Source: a virus. Taken from it: a DNA stretch of 64,000 bases. Positions 27,474 to 37,860 of this stretch are shown piece after piece. Location of the stretch: the IMG/VR virus record IMGVR_UViG_3300024346_009227, positions 1 to 64,000 of that record. One strand, written 5' to 3'. Below the pieces are notes generated by a model. It had not been told where the DNA came from and made no database searches. It was given only the letters and a program-made list of their open reading frames with translations. Every line of letters starts with the position of its first letter. The first letter of the stretch is position 1. The translations under genes and the position numbers were made by a program.

Positions 27474-27945
27474 CGAAGAAGAAAAATTTGATTCTCTTTT
27501 AGATAGCTATGAAAATTCAATAGGTTTATCCTCAATCCCTAAAGATTTAGAATTTACTTGTATGAAGTACCTATATCTTTCGCAAGAAGAGTTAAAAAAA
27601 ATGTCTTCTGAAGATTGTGCAGAAGCTTGTGTTCTATTAAATAGCTTCTCCTTTCATTTATCTAGAATGCTCAACAGAGAAAAAGCAAAATTAAGATGGT
27701 GCAACGAAAAGATATTAAAAGCTATTTCGTCTAAACTTACAGATTATAGATACTTCTCTCCAGATGAAAGAATGGCATTATCAGTTAAAGATGATGATTA
27801 TGCACAAAAAGTAAAAATGCTTGCAGTAAAGATACAAGCAAGAATAGACAGGACAGAATATTTACCTATAAGAGTAGAAAAGGTTTCTGATACATTTTCT
27901 AATCTTTCTTACAACAAAAGGAAAAATAATGAGCGTAATATCTAA
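27433..27945 (+). CDS. Hypothetical helical protein, possible recombination mediator
   Basis: Coiled-coil character, located between recA and dnaB. Confidence 0.55.
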   Translation: MNQNNNGEKELKVSEEEKFDSLLDSYENSIGLSSIPKDLEFTCMKYLYLSQEELKKMSSEDCAEACVLLNSFSFHLSRMLNREKAKLRWCNEKILKAISSKLTDYRYFSPDERMALSVKDDDYAQKVKMLAVKIQARIDRTEYLPIRVEKVSDTFSNLSYNKRKNNERNI

Positions 27946-28414
27946 ATTAAAAGAAGCAATACAAAAAAGTGATTGGGTATTAGTAGATGAAGTATTGCAG
28001 GATTTGGCTGGCGTTGTAGTGCTTAATAATAAAAAAGAAAAAGTAATTGAACAAAAAAAAGAATCTATTGTTGAAACAGTTAAAAATGATGATGTTCAAT
28101 TGAATAAATTCATGGTGAATACGAACAATACTACAGCAAAGACAAAAGAATCAGTTGCTAGGCCAGTATTTCAAAACAAATTTGTAGATGATCAAACTTT
28201 AGAATGTTCTTTTATTGAAGAGCAATCTAAAGATCTACAACCTAAGAAATACAGAAGGCCAGTAGATGAATCTTCTGGATTTCAAAGCGTTAACTGTACA
28301 AAATGTTCCAATACTATGGAAATAACCTCAGAGGAATATGCGTTTAAGTCTAGAGATAATGAATCTTCTGGATTTATATGCGTTCCTTGCATGAAAAAAG
28401 CGGTGAGAAGATGA
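27929..28414 (+). CDS. Hypothetical protein with C-terminal Zn ribbon
   Basis: CTKC and CVPC. Confidence 0.6.
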   Translation: MSVISKLKEAIQKSDWVLVDEVLQDLAGVVVLNNKKEKVIEQKKESIVETVKNDDVQLNKFMVNTNNTTAKTKESVARPVFQNKFVDDQTLECSFIEEQSKDLQPKKYRRPVDESSGFQSVNCTKCSNTMEITSEEYAFKSRDNESSGFICVPCMKKAVRR

Positions 28415-29871
28415 TAGATGTAGGTGCAGAAAGAGTGGTCTTAGCTGGACTTTTTCAGAAAGGCTACGATTGTTTTATTGAAGTTGCAGATATCATTGAT
28501 GAAAACTGTTTTTCTAGCGATGACAATGCTGCTATATTCAAATGTTTTTCAAAAATAATTACTGATAAGAGTTCAAGGGTAGATATACCAACAGTTATTT
28601 CTACTGCTGAATCTTTAAACTTATCACAGTTTTTTAAGACATCAGAACAGGCAAAGTATTTAAGATCACTAACTAGTTTTCCAGTTGAGTTAGTTAATGC
28701 CAGAAAAAGTGCAGCAAAGCTTAAAAAGTTGAGCATTGCTAAAAACTTATCTTTAAATCTAATTAATGGTGCGAACACACTTGAAAATGTGACTGGTGAT
28801 GAGCCTATAAGTCATATTATTTCTATTGCAGAATCATGTGTTTTAGATGCAACATTTAAGATTTCAAACTCCGAAGATCCTAATCCAAAGCTAATGAGCG
28901 ATGGCATAGAAGAATATGTTGAGTATTTAGAGTCAAATCCAATTTCACAGTTGGGTATTTCCTCTGGATTCAAAGCATATGATATGGCTATTGGGGGTGG
29001 ATTTAGGCCAGGAACAGTGAATCTTATTGGTGCTAGAATGAAAACTGGTAAAAGCTTTTTTGCTGACAATGTTGGCATTAGCGTATCATCAAACAAGATT
29101 CCAGTCTTAATGCTTGATACAGAAATGACAGAGAAAGATCATTGGCATAGAATATTAGCTTGTATGTCTGGAGTTAAAATAGAAGAAATTGAAAGTGGTT
29201 TGTTTTCAAAAGATGTTTCAAAAAGAAATAGTATTAAAAAGGCTATTGAAAAAATTAAAGAAATGCCATTTCAATACAAGTCTATTGCAGGAAAAAGCTT
29301 TGATGAAGTTATAAGTATGGCTAGAAGATGGGTAATTAAAGATGTTGGTCTTGATGATTCTGGAAAAGCAAACCCATGTTTAATCATATATGACTATATA
29401 AAGCTAATGGATGATTCTGGCATTGGTAAAAACATGGCAGAATATCAAGCTCTTGGCTTTTTAATGACAAACCTACATAACTTTATGGTTCAATATAATG
29501 CTTCATGTTTAGCGTTTACTCAGTTAAACAGAGATGGCATTAATCGTGAAGATACTGATGTAGCATCTGGTTCTGACAGAATACTTTGGCTATGTTCCAA
29601 CTTTTCAATCTATAAAAGGAAAAGTGAAGAGGAAATGGCAGATGAAGGATTCTCTCAGGATAAGATTAGATACAATTTGAAATTAGTTCCTGTTGTCGCA
29701 AGACACGGCAAAGGAATGGATCAAGGCGATTATATAAATATATTTGCCAATTACGAATTTGGAAAAATAGAAGAAGGTCCAACTAGAAGTCAAATTTTTA
29801 AATCTCAGTCTACAAGACAAAATAATGGTTTTGTAGTGGAAGGATTACCAGATGAAATCGAAGTCAACTGA
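28411..29871 (+). CDS. dnaB: Replicative DNA helicase
   Basis: AERVVL, GARMKTGKS, DTEM, IYDYIKLM, TQLNR, ARHG. Confidence 0.92.
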   Translation: MIDVGAERVVLAGLFQKGYDCFIEVADIIDENCFSSDDNAAIFKCFSKIITDKSSRVDIPTVISTAESLNLSQFFKTSEQAKYLRSLTSFPVELVNARKSAAKLKKLSIAKNLSLNLINGANTLENVTGDEPISHIISIAESCVLDATFKISNSEDPNPKLMSDGIEEYVEYLESNPISQLGISSGFKAYDMAIGGGFRPGTVNLIGARMKTGKSFFADNVGISVSSNKIPVLMLDTEMTEKDHWHRILACMSGVKIEEIESGLFSKDVSKRNSIKKAIEKIKEMPFQYKSIAGKSFDEVISMARRWVIKDVGLDDSGKANPCLIIYDYIKLMDDSGIGKNMAEYQALGFLMTNLHNFMVQYNASCLAFTQLNRDGINREDTDVASGSDRILWLCSNFSIYKRKSEEEMADEGFSQDKIRYNLKLVPVVARHGKGMDQGDYINIFANYEFGKIEEGPTRSQIFKSQSTRQNNGFVVEGLPDEIEVN

Positions 29872-30979
29872 AATAACTAAGAATGAATATTTGAATGCTG
29901 TAATATGTGACAAAATAGAATTTCTTATGGACTATTTTAATATTCAATACAAATCCGTTTCGGACTCAATAGTTTGTGCTTGTCCAGTTCATGGTGGAGA
30001 TAATAGAACAGCAGTAAATCTTTTTATGTCTGGACATACAAGAGTCGGTAATTGGGTTTGTTATACACATCATTGCGAAAACACATTTATAAATACATCT
30101 ATAGGATTTTTCCGTGGAGTAATGAGTAATAAAAAGTATGGTTGGTCAAAGGTTGGAGATAGAACAGTTAGTTTTTCAGACACAATTGCCTCTCTTTGTG
30201 GTTTATTAAAGATAGATCTTTCCAGCATAAAAGACGATGTTACTTCTCATGCTTTTGATAAACATGCACACTTATTTACAATTGTTAAAAAACAAAAAGA
30301 GTTTTTATACACTAAAAAAGTTGTAAGAGAAAGACTTGATATACCATCAAAATACTTTGTGTCTAGAGGCTATTCTGCACACATATTAGATATGTATGAC
30401 ATTGGGGAATCAAAATCAGACAATAGATTCTTTAGGAAAAGAGCAGTAGTTCCAGTATATGATTCAGACAATAAAACAATTGTAGGTTTTACTGGAAGAA
30501 CAATACTTGATAAATGCAATAAATGCAGTAATTATCATGAAAATGAAAGTTGTGATCCGCAAAATATTATTAGCAAATGGATTCACAACAAAGGATTTTC
30601 AAAAAAGAATTACCTTTATAATTTTGGTAATGCTAAAGATGATATTAAAAAAACTGGAATTGTTATATTGGTTGAAGGTCCAGCAGATGTATGGAAATTT
30701 GTTGAGAACGGAATACACAATGTTGTTGCTGTTTTTGGCTCTTCTCTTACAGATACACAACAGGTTTTGCTTGAATCTTCTGGTGCTACTACATTAATAT
30801 TGCTTTTTGACTCAGATAAAGCTGGCAATAGTGCCTCGAATAAATTAAATTCATCTCTTTCTAGAATGTTTAAAATAATATGTCCATCTTTGCCAGATGG
30901 CATTAAAGATCCAGGCGATCTTAGCAACGAGCAAATAAATAACATGATTAAGCCTTTGATTGAAAGGAACTCGTATTAA
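29852..30979 (+). CDS. dnaG: DNA primase (Zn-binding domain plus TOPRIM)
   Basis: CPVHGGDN...C...C, GFTGR, VEGPAD, FDSDKAG, KDPGD. Confidence 0.88.
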   Translation: MKSKSTEITKNEYLNAVICDKIEFLMDYFNIQYKSVSDSIVCACPVHGGDNRTAVNLFMSGHTRVGNWVCYTHHCENTFINTSIGFFRGVMSNKKYGWSKVGDRTVSFSDTIASLCGLLKIDLSSIKDDVTSHAFDKHAHLFTIVKKQKEFLYTKKVVRERLDIPSKYFVSRGYSAHILDMYDIGESKSDNRFFRKRAVVPVYDSDNKTIVGFTGRTILDKCNKCSNYHENESCDPQNIISKWIHNKGFSKKNYLYNFGNAKDDIKKTGIVILVEGPADVWKFVENGIHNVVAVFGSSLTDTQQVLLESSGATTLILLFDSDKAGNSASNKLNSSLSRMFKIICPSLPDGIKDPGDLSNEQINNMIKPLIERNSY

Positions 30980-31632
30980 TGACAATTCAAAGACTGATAG
31001 GGTTTTCTGGAAGAAAAGGTTCTGGTAAAGATACTTTAGCTGGATTTCTTTCTTTTAATTCTCTAGAGTTTTTTGGTTGTAATTCATGCATATTTTCCTT
31101 TGCCCAAACAATGAAATCAGTAGCAATCAACTTTTTCGGATTAAAGCATAGACAAGTTTTTGGTTCTTTAGAAGATAAAAATTCACTTACAAGCTACTTA
31201 TGGGAAGATCTACCTCATTATAGTGAAATAAAATCTAGTCGTTTAAACCCACCAATAGGGCAGATGACAGCTAGAGAGTTTCTGCAAGAGTTTGGAACTG
31301 GAATAGCTAGAAAAATGAATAAATCAATTCACATTAATGCTTGTTTTAATATGATAAGTAAAGAGAACTGCCTGTTGAATTTTATTACTGATGCAAGGTT
31401 TGAAAATGAAATTGATAGCATCAAAGATGCTGGTGGAATAGTTATTAGACTAACAAGAAGTACTGATAACGATAGCCATATAAGTGAAATCGAACTAGAT
31501 AAATGCACAAATAAATTTGACATTATTTTAAACAATCAAAATATGTCTAAAGAAGAACAGCAGTTTGAACTTATTAGAAAACTAAAACAAATAAACTGGA
31601 TTAAAAATGATCATAACTTATCTAAGGTCTAG
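30979..31632 (+). CDS. Deoxynucleoside monophosphate kinase
   Basis: GRKGSGKDT, REFLQEFGT, ITDARFENE, HISE. Confidence 0.88.
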   Translation: MTIQRLIGFSGRKGSGKDTLAGFLSFNSLEFFGCNSCIFSFAQTMKSVAINFFGLKHRQVFGSLEDKNSLTSYLWEDLPHYSEIKSSRLNPPIGQMTAREFLQEFGTGIARKMNKSIHINACFNMISKENCLLNFITDARFENEIDSIKDAGGIVIRLTRSTDNDSHISEIELDKCTNKFDIILNNQNMSKEEQQFELIRKLKQINWIKNDHNLSKV

Positions 31633-32638
31633 TTCTGTAAGCTCTTATGCTTGGTGTCAACATAAATACTGGTTAACTTATAATTTAGGTTTCCAAGATG
31701 ATTCCAATAAAAAAGCTGAAAAGGGTAATGTTGTTCATAAGGCATTAGAATTGTTGGCAAATAAAAAGCTTTGCCTACAAAATGAAACCTCTACATTTAC
31801 AGATAGCGAATTAAAAGAAAGTTTTTCCACAATAGACATTTCTCCAGAAAGTGCCATATTATCTGCCTTTAATCATTACAAAAACAAAAGCATCCATGAG
31901 TGGGATGATAAGGATTTAAAAGAATGCTCTAAATGGACTTGGGATACACTACTATTTAATAATGGTATGTTTTCGCCTTTATCTAGAAAGATTGAGCAAC
32001 CAGAGCAATATTTTGATATAGAAATTGAAGAATCTTGGGCTAAATACGAATACTATTTAGACGATGGTACTGTTATGTCTGGAAATCTTAGAATCAAAGG
32101 AACAATGGACTTAATAACCAGAGTAGACAAAAAAACAATAGAGTACATAGACTGGAAAACAGGAGAAAGAAAAAACTGGGCAACTGGAAAAGAAAAAAAC
32201 TACGATGATTTTTATAAAGACTTTCAATTAAGGCTTTATCATTATGCATTAAATAAACTTTATCCAGATGAAGAAAATATAATTATTACTATTTTTTTTA
32301 ATAAGGCTGGTGGTCCTTTTACATTATGTTTTCATAAAGATGATGTTAAAACAACAATTGAAATGATTAGATATGAATTTGAAAAAATAAAGTCTTGTCA
32401 TTTCCCATCAAGAATTATAGACTATGGAAAGGATAAGTGGAAGTGTGAGAAGCTTTGTAGATTTTATAAAGAAAAATACGAAGACACAGAAAAATCAATA
32501 TGTGACTTTATGAATAAAGAACTTATACAATTGGGCATGAATGTTGCGTATACTAAATATGCCAATAAAAAAACAGTTGTATCTTATGGCGATGGTGGTG
32601 GTCAATCTAATAGGGAGAATAATGATGTCAAAAAGTAA
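31607..32638 (+). CDS. PD-(D/E)XK exonuclease (Cas4/RecB-like, probable Fe-S)
   Basis: WCQ, GNVVHKALE, GTMDL, IDWKTG, QLRLY, C-terminal Cys cluster. Confidence 0.85.
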   Translation: MIITYLRSSSVSSYAWCQHKYWLTYNLGFQDDSNKKAEKGNVVHKALELLANKKLCLQNETSTFTDSELKESFSTIDISPESAILSAFNHYKNKSIHEWDDKDLKECSKWTWDTLLFNNGMFSPLSRKIEQPEQYFDIEIEESWAKYEYYLDDGTVMSGNLRIKGTMDLITRVDKKTIEYIDWKTGERKNWATGKEKNYDDFYKDFQLRLYHYALNKLYPDEENIIITIFFNKAGGPFTLCFHKDDVKTTIEMIRYEFEKIKSCHFPSRIIDYGKDKWKCEKLCRFYKEKYEDTEKSICDFMNKELIQLGMNVAYTKYANKKTVVSYGDGGGQSNRENNDVKK

Positions 32639-33377
32639 AAAGTGGATAATGGATCTTTTTGAAAAACAAGCTTCTACTACAGAAGATCCAACTCTTACTT
32701 CTACAAATGAAGATTGTCCAAACTTTTCTGATGAAGAAACAGATACCTGTTTAAAAACATCAGAATATATACCAAAATACAATGGTGAAAAGGTTCTTGT
32801 TTTCAAAAAAGAATTATTAACTCAAGACTTTTCATTTCAAGGCATGTTGACTGGAGAAAAAGCTTCTTTTATTAAAAATAAAATTCTTACTCCAGAAAAT
32901 TTGTTTTATATAGATAGAGATACAGCAGAAAACGACTTGAATTATAAACAAGTAATTCCATATTGCGTTTTTACAAAAAACGATCAATTATTTATTTATC
33001 AAAGATCAAAGCATGGTTCTGAAAATAGACTACATGATCTATGGTCTGTAGGTGTTGGTGGTCATGTTAATCCTTGCGATGGAAATAACATTGAAACAAT
33101 AGGAAATGCTTGTAAAAGAGAAATAGAAGAAGAGGTTCAATTTTCAGATCCTCATTCTGTAAGATTAGTTGGTGTTATAAATGATGATTCATCTACAGTT
33201 AATGCTGTTCATTTTGGCGTTGTTTTTCATGTTCACTTAAAAGATGGAACTCCATTTAATACAATTGATAAAGCTCTTGCAAATGGTGGTTTTAAACATA
33301 AAAAAACAACAGTAATATCAGATGTAAATTGGGAAGATTGGTCAGTACATGTAATTAGGAACTACTTAAGAAATTAA
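32622..33377 (+). CDS. NUDIX-family phosphoesterase
   Basis: AE-x-D-x-x-YKQVIPY, ENRLH, GGHVN, REIEEEV, VHFG. Confidence 0.82.
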   Translation: MMSKSKKWIMDLFEKQASTTEDPTLTSTNEDCPNFSDEETDTCLKTSEYIPKYNGEKVLVFKKELLTQDFSFQGMLTGEKASFIKNKILTPENLFYIDRDTAENDLNYKQVIPYCVFTKNDQLFIYQRSKHGSENRLHDLWSVGVGGHVNPCDGNNIETIGNACKREIEEEVQFSDPHSVRLVGVINDDSSTVNAVHFGVVFHVHLKDGTPFNTIDKALANGGFKHKKTTVISDVNWEDWSVHVIRNYLRN

Positions 33378-33405
33378 TTAATTGAAAAAAATTTAAGGAT
33401 TGAAT

Positions 33406-35322
33406 ATGAATTGGATACCATTGCATTGTCATACCCATTATAGCTTATTGGATGGATTAAGTAAGCCAGATCTTTTAGCAAAAAGATGCAAAGAACTTGG
33501 ATATACTTCATGTGCCATAACTGATCATGGAACTATATCTGGTGCTATTTCTTTTTCTAAAGCTTGTATTTCACAAGGTATAAAACCAATCATTGGTTGT
33601 GAATTTTATATTTGTGCAAATCCAGCAACAGAACATAATAAAGAAAACTCAAGTTTAACTCATCTGTGTGTCATTGCTAAAAATCTAAATGGCTGGAAAA
33701 ACTTAATTAATTTGTCTTCTTTAGCTAATTCGTTAGATTATTTTTATTACAAACCAAGATTAAACTTAAATGACTTCAAAGGACTTTGCAGTGATTTAAT
33801 TGCATTTTCTGGTCATCCAGGAACAGATTTGGCTAATTCTTTATTTGAAGATCATAAAGAGGCTTACAAAAGAACTGATTATGATGAAATAAAAGAAATG
33901 CTTAAACCCAACTGGCTAAATGAAGCTGGAAATATTTGTGCAAAATACATTGAGATATTTGGGGCAGATAATTTTTTTGTAGAAATACAATTATTTGATA
34001 GCTCTAACTTAGTTGCATCAAAGGTTATTGCTGAATGCCTAAGAGAACTTTGTGCAAAAACTGGTATTAAAAAAATAGCAACTCCAGATGTTCATTATGT
34101 TATGCCAGAAGATGCTCCTGATCAAAGGGTTTTATTGTGTTCTTCAATGGAAACAACCCTTAAGAATGTAAATAGCAAATTAGAAAACAACGAAGAATTT
34201 GGCCTTTCTGTATTTTTTAAATCAAATAAATACTATCTTCCAACAATTGAAGAAATATCTAGCTTCCACGAAGAAGATGAAATAAACAATTGTTGCTTAA
34301 TTGATAGCTTGTGTGAAAATTATTCACTTATAAAACAACCAGCCATACCAAACTTTGCTTGTCCAGATGGTCTTTCTCAGATCCTTTATTTGAGGAAGTT
34401 ATGCAGAGATGGGTGGAATAGGCGTTTCTCTGCAATAAAGCCAAAAACAGATGAATATAAGGTATACACAGAGAGAATAAAGCACGAACTTGAAGTTATA
34501 GATACTTCTGGTTTGGCTGGATACTTTTTAATTGTGCAAGACTATTGCAATTGGGCAAAGTCTAAGGGTTGGATTATGGGTAGAGGTAGAGGTTCTGGTG
34601 CTGGCTGCATGATATCTTACCTCTTGGGTATAACAGAAGTAGACCCCATTAAACATTCTCTTATATTTGAAAGATTCTATAACGCAGGAAGAAACTCTGC
34701 TGGCCGTATAAGTTTGCCAGATATTGACTGTGACTTTCCAATTACAAAGCGTGATAAGGTAATAGAATATATAAAGCAAAAGTATGGGAGCAGCAATGTT
34801 TGTCAAATGATAACATTTAGTCGTATGCAGGGGCGTGGATCATTAAAAGATGTTCTTAGAGTTCATGGGTTTTCCTTTGAAGAAAGTAATAATGTAACAA
34901 AGTATATTCCAGACGAATCAGAGATATCTGAACAGTTACAAGATATGAAAGATGAAGATGGAGATTCTTCAATAATAAGGTGGGCGTTAGAGAATATTCC
35001 TGATAGATTATCTGAGTATTGTAGGATTGAAAAGGATGGTACTTACTCTGGAAGATTAGCAAAGGAATTTGCACAAGCAATAAGATTAGAAGGAACAAAA
35101 AGAAGTCAGGGTAAACATGCTGCCGGTATAGTTATTAGCAACATTCCATTATCAGAAGTTTGTCCAATGACATTTGATAAAAAGACAAAGCAGATGATAG
35201 CTGGCATGGAAATGTCAGACTTAGAATCAATCGGAATGGTTAAGTTTGATATACTTGGAGTTGCAGTTTTAGACAAAATAATGGGTTGTATAAATATTTT
35301 AAAGGGTAAACCAAATGAATGA
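33406..35322 (+). CDS. dnaE: DNA polymerase III alpha, N-terminal part (PHP, palm, thumb)
   Basis: LHCHTHYSLLDG, TDHG, GRGSGAG, LPDIDCDF, HAAG, KFDILG; ends shortly afterwards. Confidence 0.92.
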   Translation: MNWIPLHCHTHYSLLDGLSKPDLLAKRCKELGYTSCAITDHGTISGAISFSKACISQGIKPIIGCEFYICANPATEHNKENSSLTHLCVIAKNLNGWKNLINLSSLANSLDYFYYKPRLNLNDFKGLCSDLIAFSGHPGTDLANSLFEDHKEAYKRTDYDEIKEMLKPNWLNEAGNICAKYIEIFGADNFFVEIQLFDSSNLVASKVIAECLRELCAKTGIKKIATPDVHYVMPEDAPDQRVLLCSSMETTLKNVNSKLENNEEFGLSVFFKSNKYYLPTIEEISSFHEEDEINNCCLIDSLCENYSLIKQPAIPNFACPDGLSQILYLRKLCRDGWNRRFSAIKPKTDEYKVYTERIKHELEVIDTSGLAGYFLIVQDYCNWAKSKGWIMGRGRGSGAGCMISYLLGITEVDPIKHSLIFERFYNAGRNSAGRISLPDIDCDFPITKRDKVIEYIKQKYGSSNVCQMITFSRMQGRGSLKDVLRVHGFSFEESNNVTKYIPDESEISEQLQDMKDEDGDSSIIRWALENIPDRLSEYCRIEKDGTYSGRLAKEFAQAIRLEGTKRSQGKHAAGIVISNIPLSEVCPMTFDKKTKQMIAGMEMSDLESIGMVKFDILGVAVLDKIMGCINILKGKPNE

Positions 35323-35593
35323 TAACTCTCTTGAAATATCTATAATAAGTAAGTTAGTAGTTCAACAAACAGCCTTGTTAGATGCTTTGTCTGATTGTTC
35401 TTCATTAAAGAAAGATCTTGTTAAACAGGCTAATAAACTATTAAAGGCAATAACAATTCAAAATGGAGGCATATTAATTATAGATAAGGATTTTTTAGAT
35501 TCAGCAGAAGATGCAGAAGTTGAACTTAAAATACAGCAAAATGATGATGGATCAATAGAATTAACTATTAAAGGAGAAGAAGATGAAGAGTAA
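35315..35593 (+). CDS. Hypothetical acidic protein between the dnaE halves
   Basis: 92-aa ORF overlapping both neighbours. Confidence 0.65.
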   Translation: MNDNSLEISIISKLVVQQTALLDALSDCSSLKKDLVKQANKLLKAITIQNGGILIIDKDFLDSAEDAEVELKIQQNDDGSIELTIKGEEDEE

Positions 35594-36221
35594 TACGATT
35601 ATTGTTTTTGATTTTGAAACAGGATCTTTAGATACAAATACTTGTGAAGTTATTCAAATTGCTGCAAAGGCAATAAATAGAAAAACTCTTCAACCAATAG
35701 AGGGTGCAGTTTTTAACAGTCTTGTAAAACCTAGAGACTTTGGAAATTTGCAAGAAGCAGCACTAGCAGTAAACAAAAAGACAAGAGAAGAACTTCAGCT
35801 TGCACCTAATCTTGATGTTGTTTGGAGTAGGTTTATTGATTTTATATCTACTTTTGCAGTTGGTAAAAGCAATATATTAGCCCCTGTTCCAGCAGGAAAA
35901 AACATCAGATTTTTTGACATGCCAATCTTTCAAAGGGTTTGTGTTGAATTAGGATATGTTCAACCAAATGCCACACAATCTTTCTTCAATAAAAGAAGCA
36001 TGTTTGATTTAGATGAAATGATGTTGCTTTGGTTTGAAAATTCAGATGATATGCCTAATATGAAAATGGATACTATTAGAGATCATTTTGGAATGTCGAA
36101 GGCTAATGCTCATGATGCACTAGTTGATGTTGAGCAAACAGCAGACTTAATCACATACTTCTTAAAACTACATAGATCAATATACCCAAAGGTTAAATTT
36201 AAAGACTCATTTAAGAAATAA
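35583..36221 (+). CDS. DEDDh 3'-5' exonuclease (epsilon/DnaQ-like)
   Basis: DFETG, N-x-x-x-FD, HDALVD. Confidence 0.88.
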   Translation: MKSNTIIVFDFETGSLDTNTCEVIQIAAKAINRKTLQPIEGAVFNSLVKPRDFGNLQEAALAVNKKTREELQLAPNLDVVWSRFIDFISTFAVGKSNILAPVPAGKNIRFFDMPIFQRVCVELGYVQPNATQSFFNKRSMFDLDEMMLLWFENSDDMPNMKMDTIRDHFGMSKANAHDALVDVEQTADLITYFLKLHRSIYPKVKFKDSFKK

Positions 36222-36225
36222 TAAT

Positions 36226-37851
36226 ATGACAAAAACATACAAATTTTCATGCGGTTGTAGTTTTCCAATAATTGGAGATCCTTTAAGCAAAGATTCTTTG
36301 CCTCTAATGGAAGTAGATCCAACCAATCTTCCTTCTTGCGATATTGCTTGGGATATATTTTCTAGGGGCGATACAAAAGGAATTTTTCAGTTAGAATCAG
36401 ATCTTGGAAAACAATGGTCTAAGAAACTAAGACCAAAAACTGTTGATCATTTAACTGCTTTAGGTGCTCTTATCAGGCCAGGAGCTTTGCGTTCTGTGGA
36501 TGATAAGGGCGTTAGTATGACCGCACATTATTGTCGTATTGTAAATGGTGAGGAACAGGTTTCATCCTATCATCCTATTGTTGATGAAGCACTCAAATCA
36601 ACTTATGGATCACTTGTTTTTCAAGAACAGGCAATGGAACTTTCTAGGGTTATCGCTGGATTTACTTTGCAAGAGGCAGATATGCTTCGTAAAGCAATGG
36701 GAAAGAAATCATCTAGTGAAATGGCAAAATGTAAGAAGATGTTTATTGAAGGTGCTAAAAAAATAGAAGTTGTTTCAGAAGATCAAGCCGAAGAAATATT
36801 TGGATGGATCGAACAGAGTCAAAAATATTCCTTCAATCGCAGTCACAGTTGTTGTTACGGCTTAATTGGATATGATACGGCATATTTAAAAAGTCACTTT
36901 CCAGTTCAATTCTTTACTAGCTGGCTTTATTTTGCTAAGGACAAGGCAGATAGTCAGCTTGAAATATCTGACTTAATTGAAGATGCAAAAAAATTTAATA
37001 TAGCTGTTCACTCTCCAGACATAATGATGTTAAATAGCAATTTTTACACTGACGGAATATCAATTTGGTTTGGTATTACTGATGTAAAAGGAATTGGACA
37101 ATCACAATTTGAAAAAATTAAACTAGCTATAAATAATTATGGCAAAAGTATAGATTCTTGGGAAGAATTTGTTGTTAAATGTTCTGATGAAATGCCAAAA
37201 TCAAGTATTGAAAAACTAATTGCCGTTAACGCTCTAAGAAAATTTGGCAACAAAAGAAAGGTTCTTCTTGCTGAATTTAATGCTTGGTCTGAATTAACAG
37301 ACAAGGAAAAGGAATGGATAAAAGCCAATGTTGAAATTACTAATATACCAGATATGATTTTAAACTCAGCAAAGACAAAAAAAGAAGGTGGTTGTTGTTC
37401 TTCAGTCAAAAGAGTTGAGGTTTTAAAAAGCATAGCCTCTATGATTAAAAATCCTCCTTCTCCTTTGATAGATATTCCAAGTTGGGTGTGTTGGATTGAA
37501 AAGGATTCTTTAGGAATTTCTTTAACATATAATGCTACAGACTCTTGCGATACAAGTAGTTCTAACACTACATGCAAAGAATACTTAGATGGAAAGAATG
37601 GCTATATGGTCTTTGGTGTTGAAGTAAGAAGGTCTAAAGAAGTGCTTACAAAGGCTGGAAAAACACCAGGATCTAGAATGGCATTTTTATCAATATCTGA
37701 TGCTACTGGCAAAATAGATGATGTTATCTGTTTTCCAAACTCGTACAAAGATTTTGCTTCTTTGTTAAAAGAGGGTAATACAGTCTTGATTCAAGGTGAA
37801 CGAGACAAAAAAAGTGACACTCTTTTAGTTAAAACTGTTGTTCAAATTTAG
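36226..37851 (+). CDS. dnaE: DNA polymerase III alpha, C-terminal part (fingers, HhH, OB)
   Basis: GIFQLES, ALIRPG, TYG-x-x-VFQEQ, ADMLRKAMGKK, YSFNRSH, VKGIG, MAFLSISD. Confidence 0.92.
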   Translation: MTKTYKFSCGCSFPIIGDPLSKDSLPLMEVDPTNLPSCDIAWDIFSRGDTKGIFQLESDLGKQWSKKLRPKTVDHLTALGALIRPGALRSVDDKGVSMTAHYCRIVNGEEQVSSYHPIVDEALKSTYGSLVFQEQAMELSRVIAGFTLQEADMLRKAMGKKSSSEMAKCKKMFIEGAKKIEVVSEDQAEEIFGWIEQSQKYSFNRSHSCCYGLIGYDTAYLKSHFPVQFFTSWLYFAKDKADSQLEISDLIEDAKKFNIAVHSPDIMMLNSNFYTDGISIWFGITDVKGIGQSQFEKIKLAINNYGKSIDSWEEFVVKCSDEMPKSSIEKLIAVNALRKFGNKRKVLLAEFNAWSELTDKEKEWIKANVEITNIPDMILNSAKTKKEGGCCSSVKRVEVLKSIASMIKNPPSPLIDIPSWVCWIEKDSLGISLTYNATDSCDTSSSNTTCKEYLDGKNGYMVFGVEVRRSKEVLTKAGKTPGSRMAFLSISDATGKIDDVICFPNSYKDFASLLKEGNTVLIQGERDKKSDTLLVKTVVQI

Positions 37852-37860
37852 GAGATAGAA

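Noticed and set aside
31607-32638. Cas4-like nuclease as part of a CRISPR system
   Set aside because: No array or other cas genes; it sits in the replication module as a typical phage exonuclease.
35200-36400. Split intein or intron between the dnaE halves
   Set aside because: No Cys/Ser-initiated intein N block, no HN-C/S/T C block, and the gap is fully occupied by coupled ORFs.
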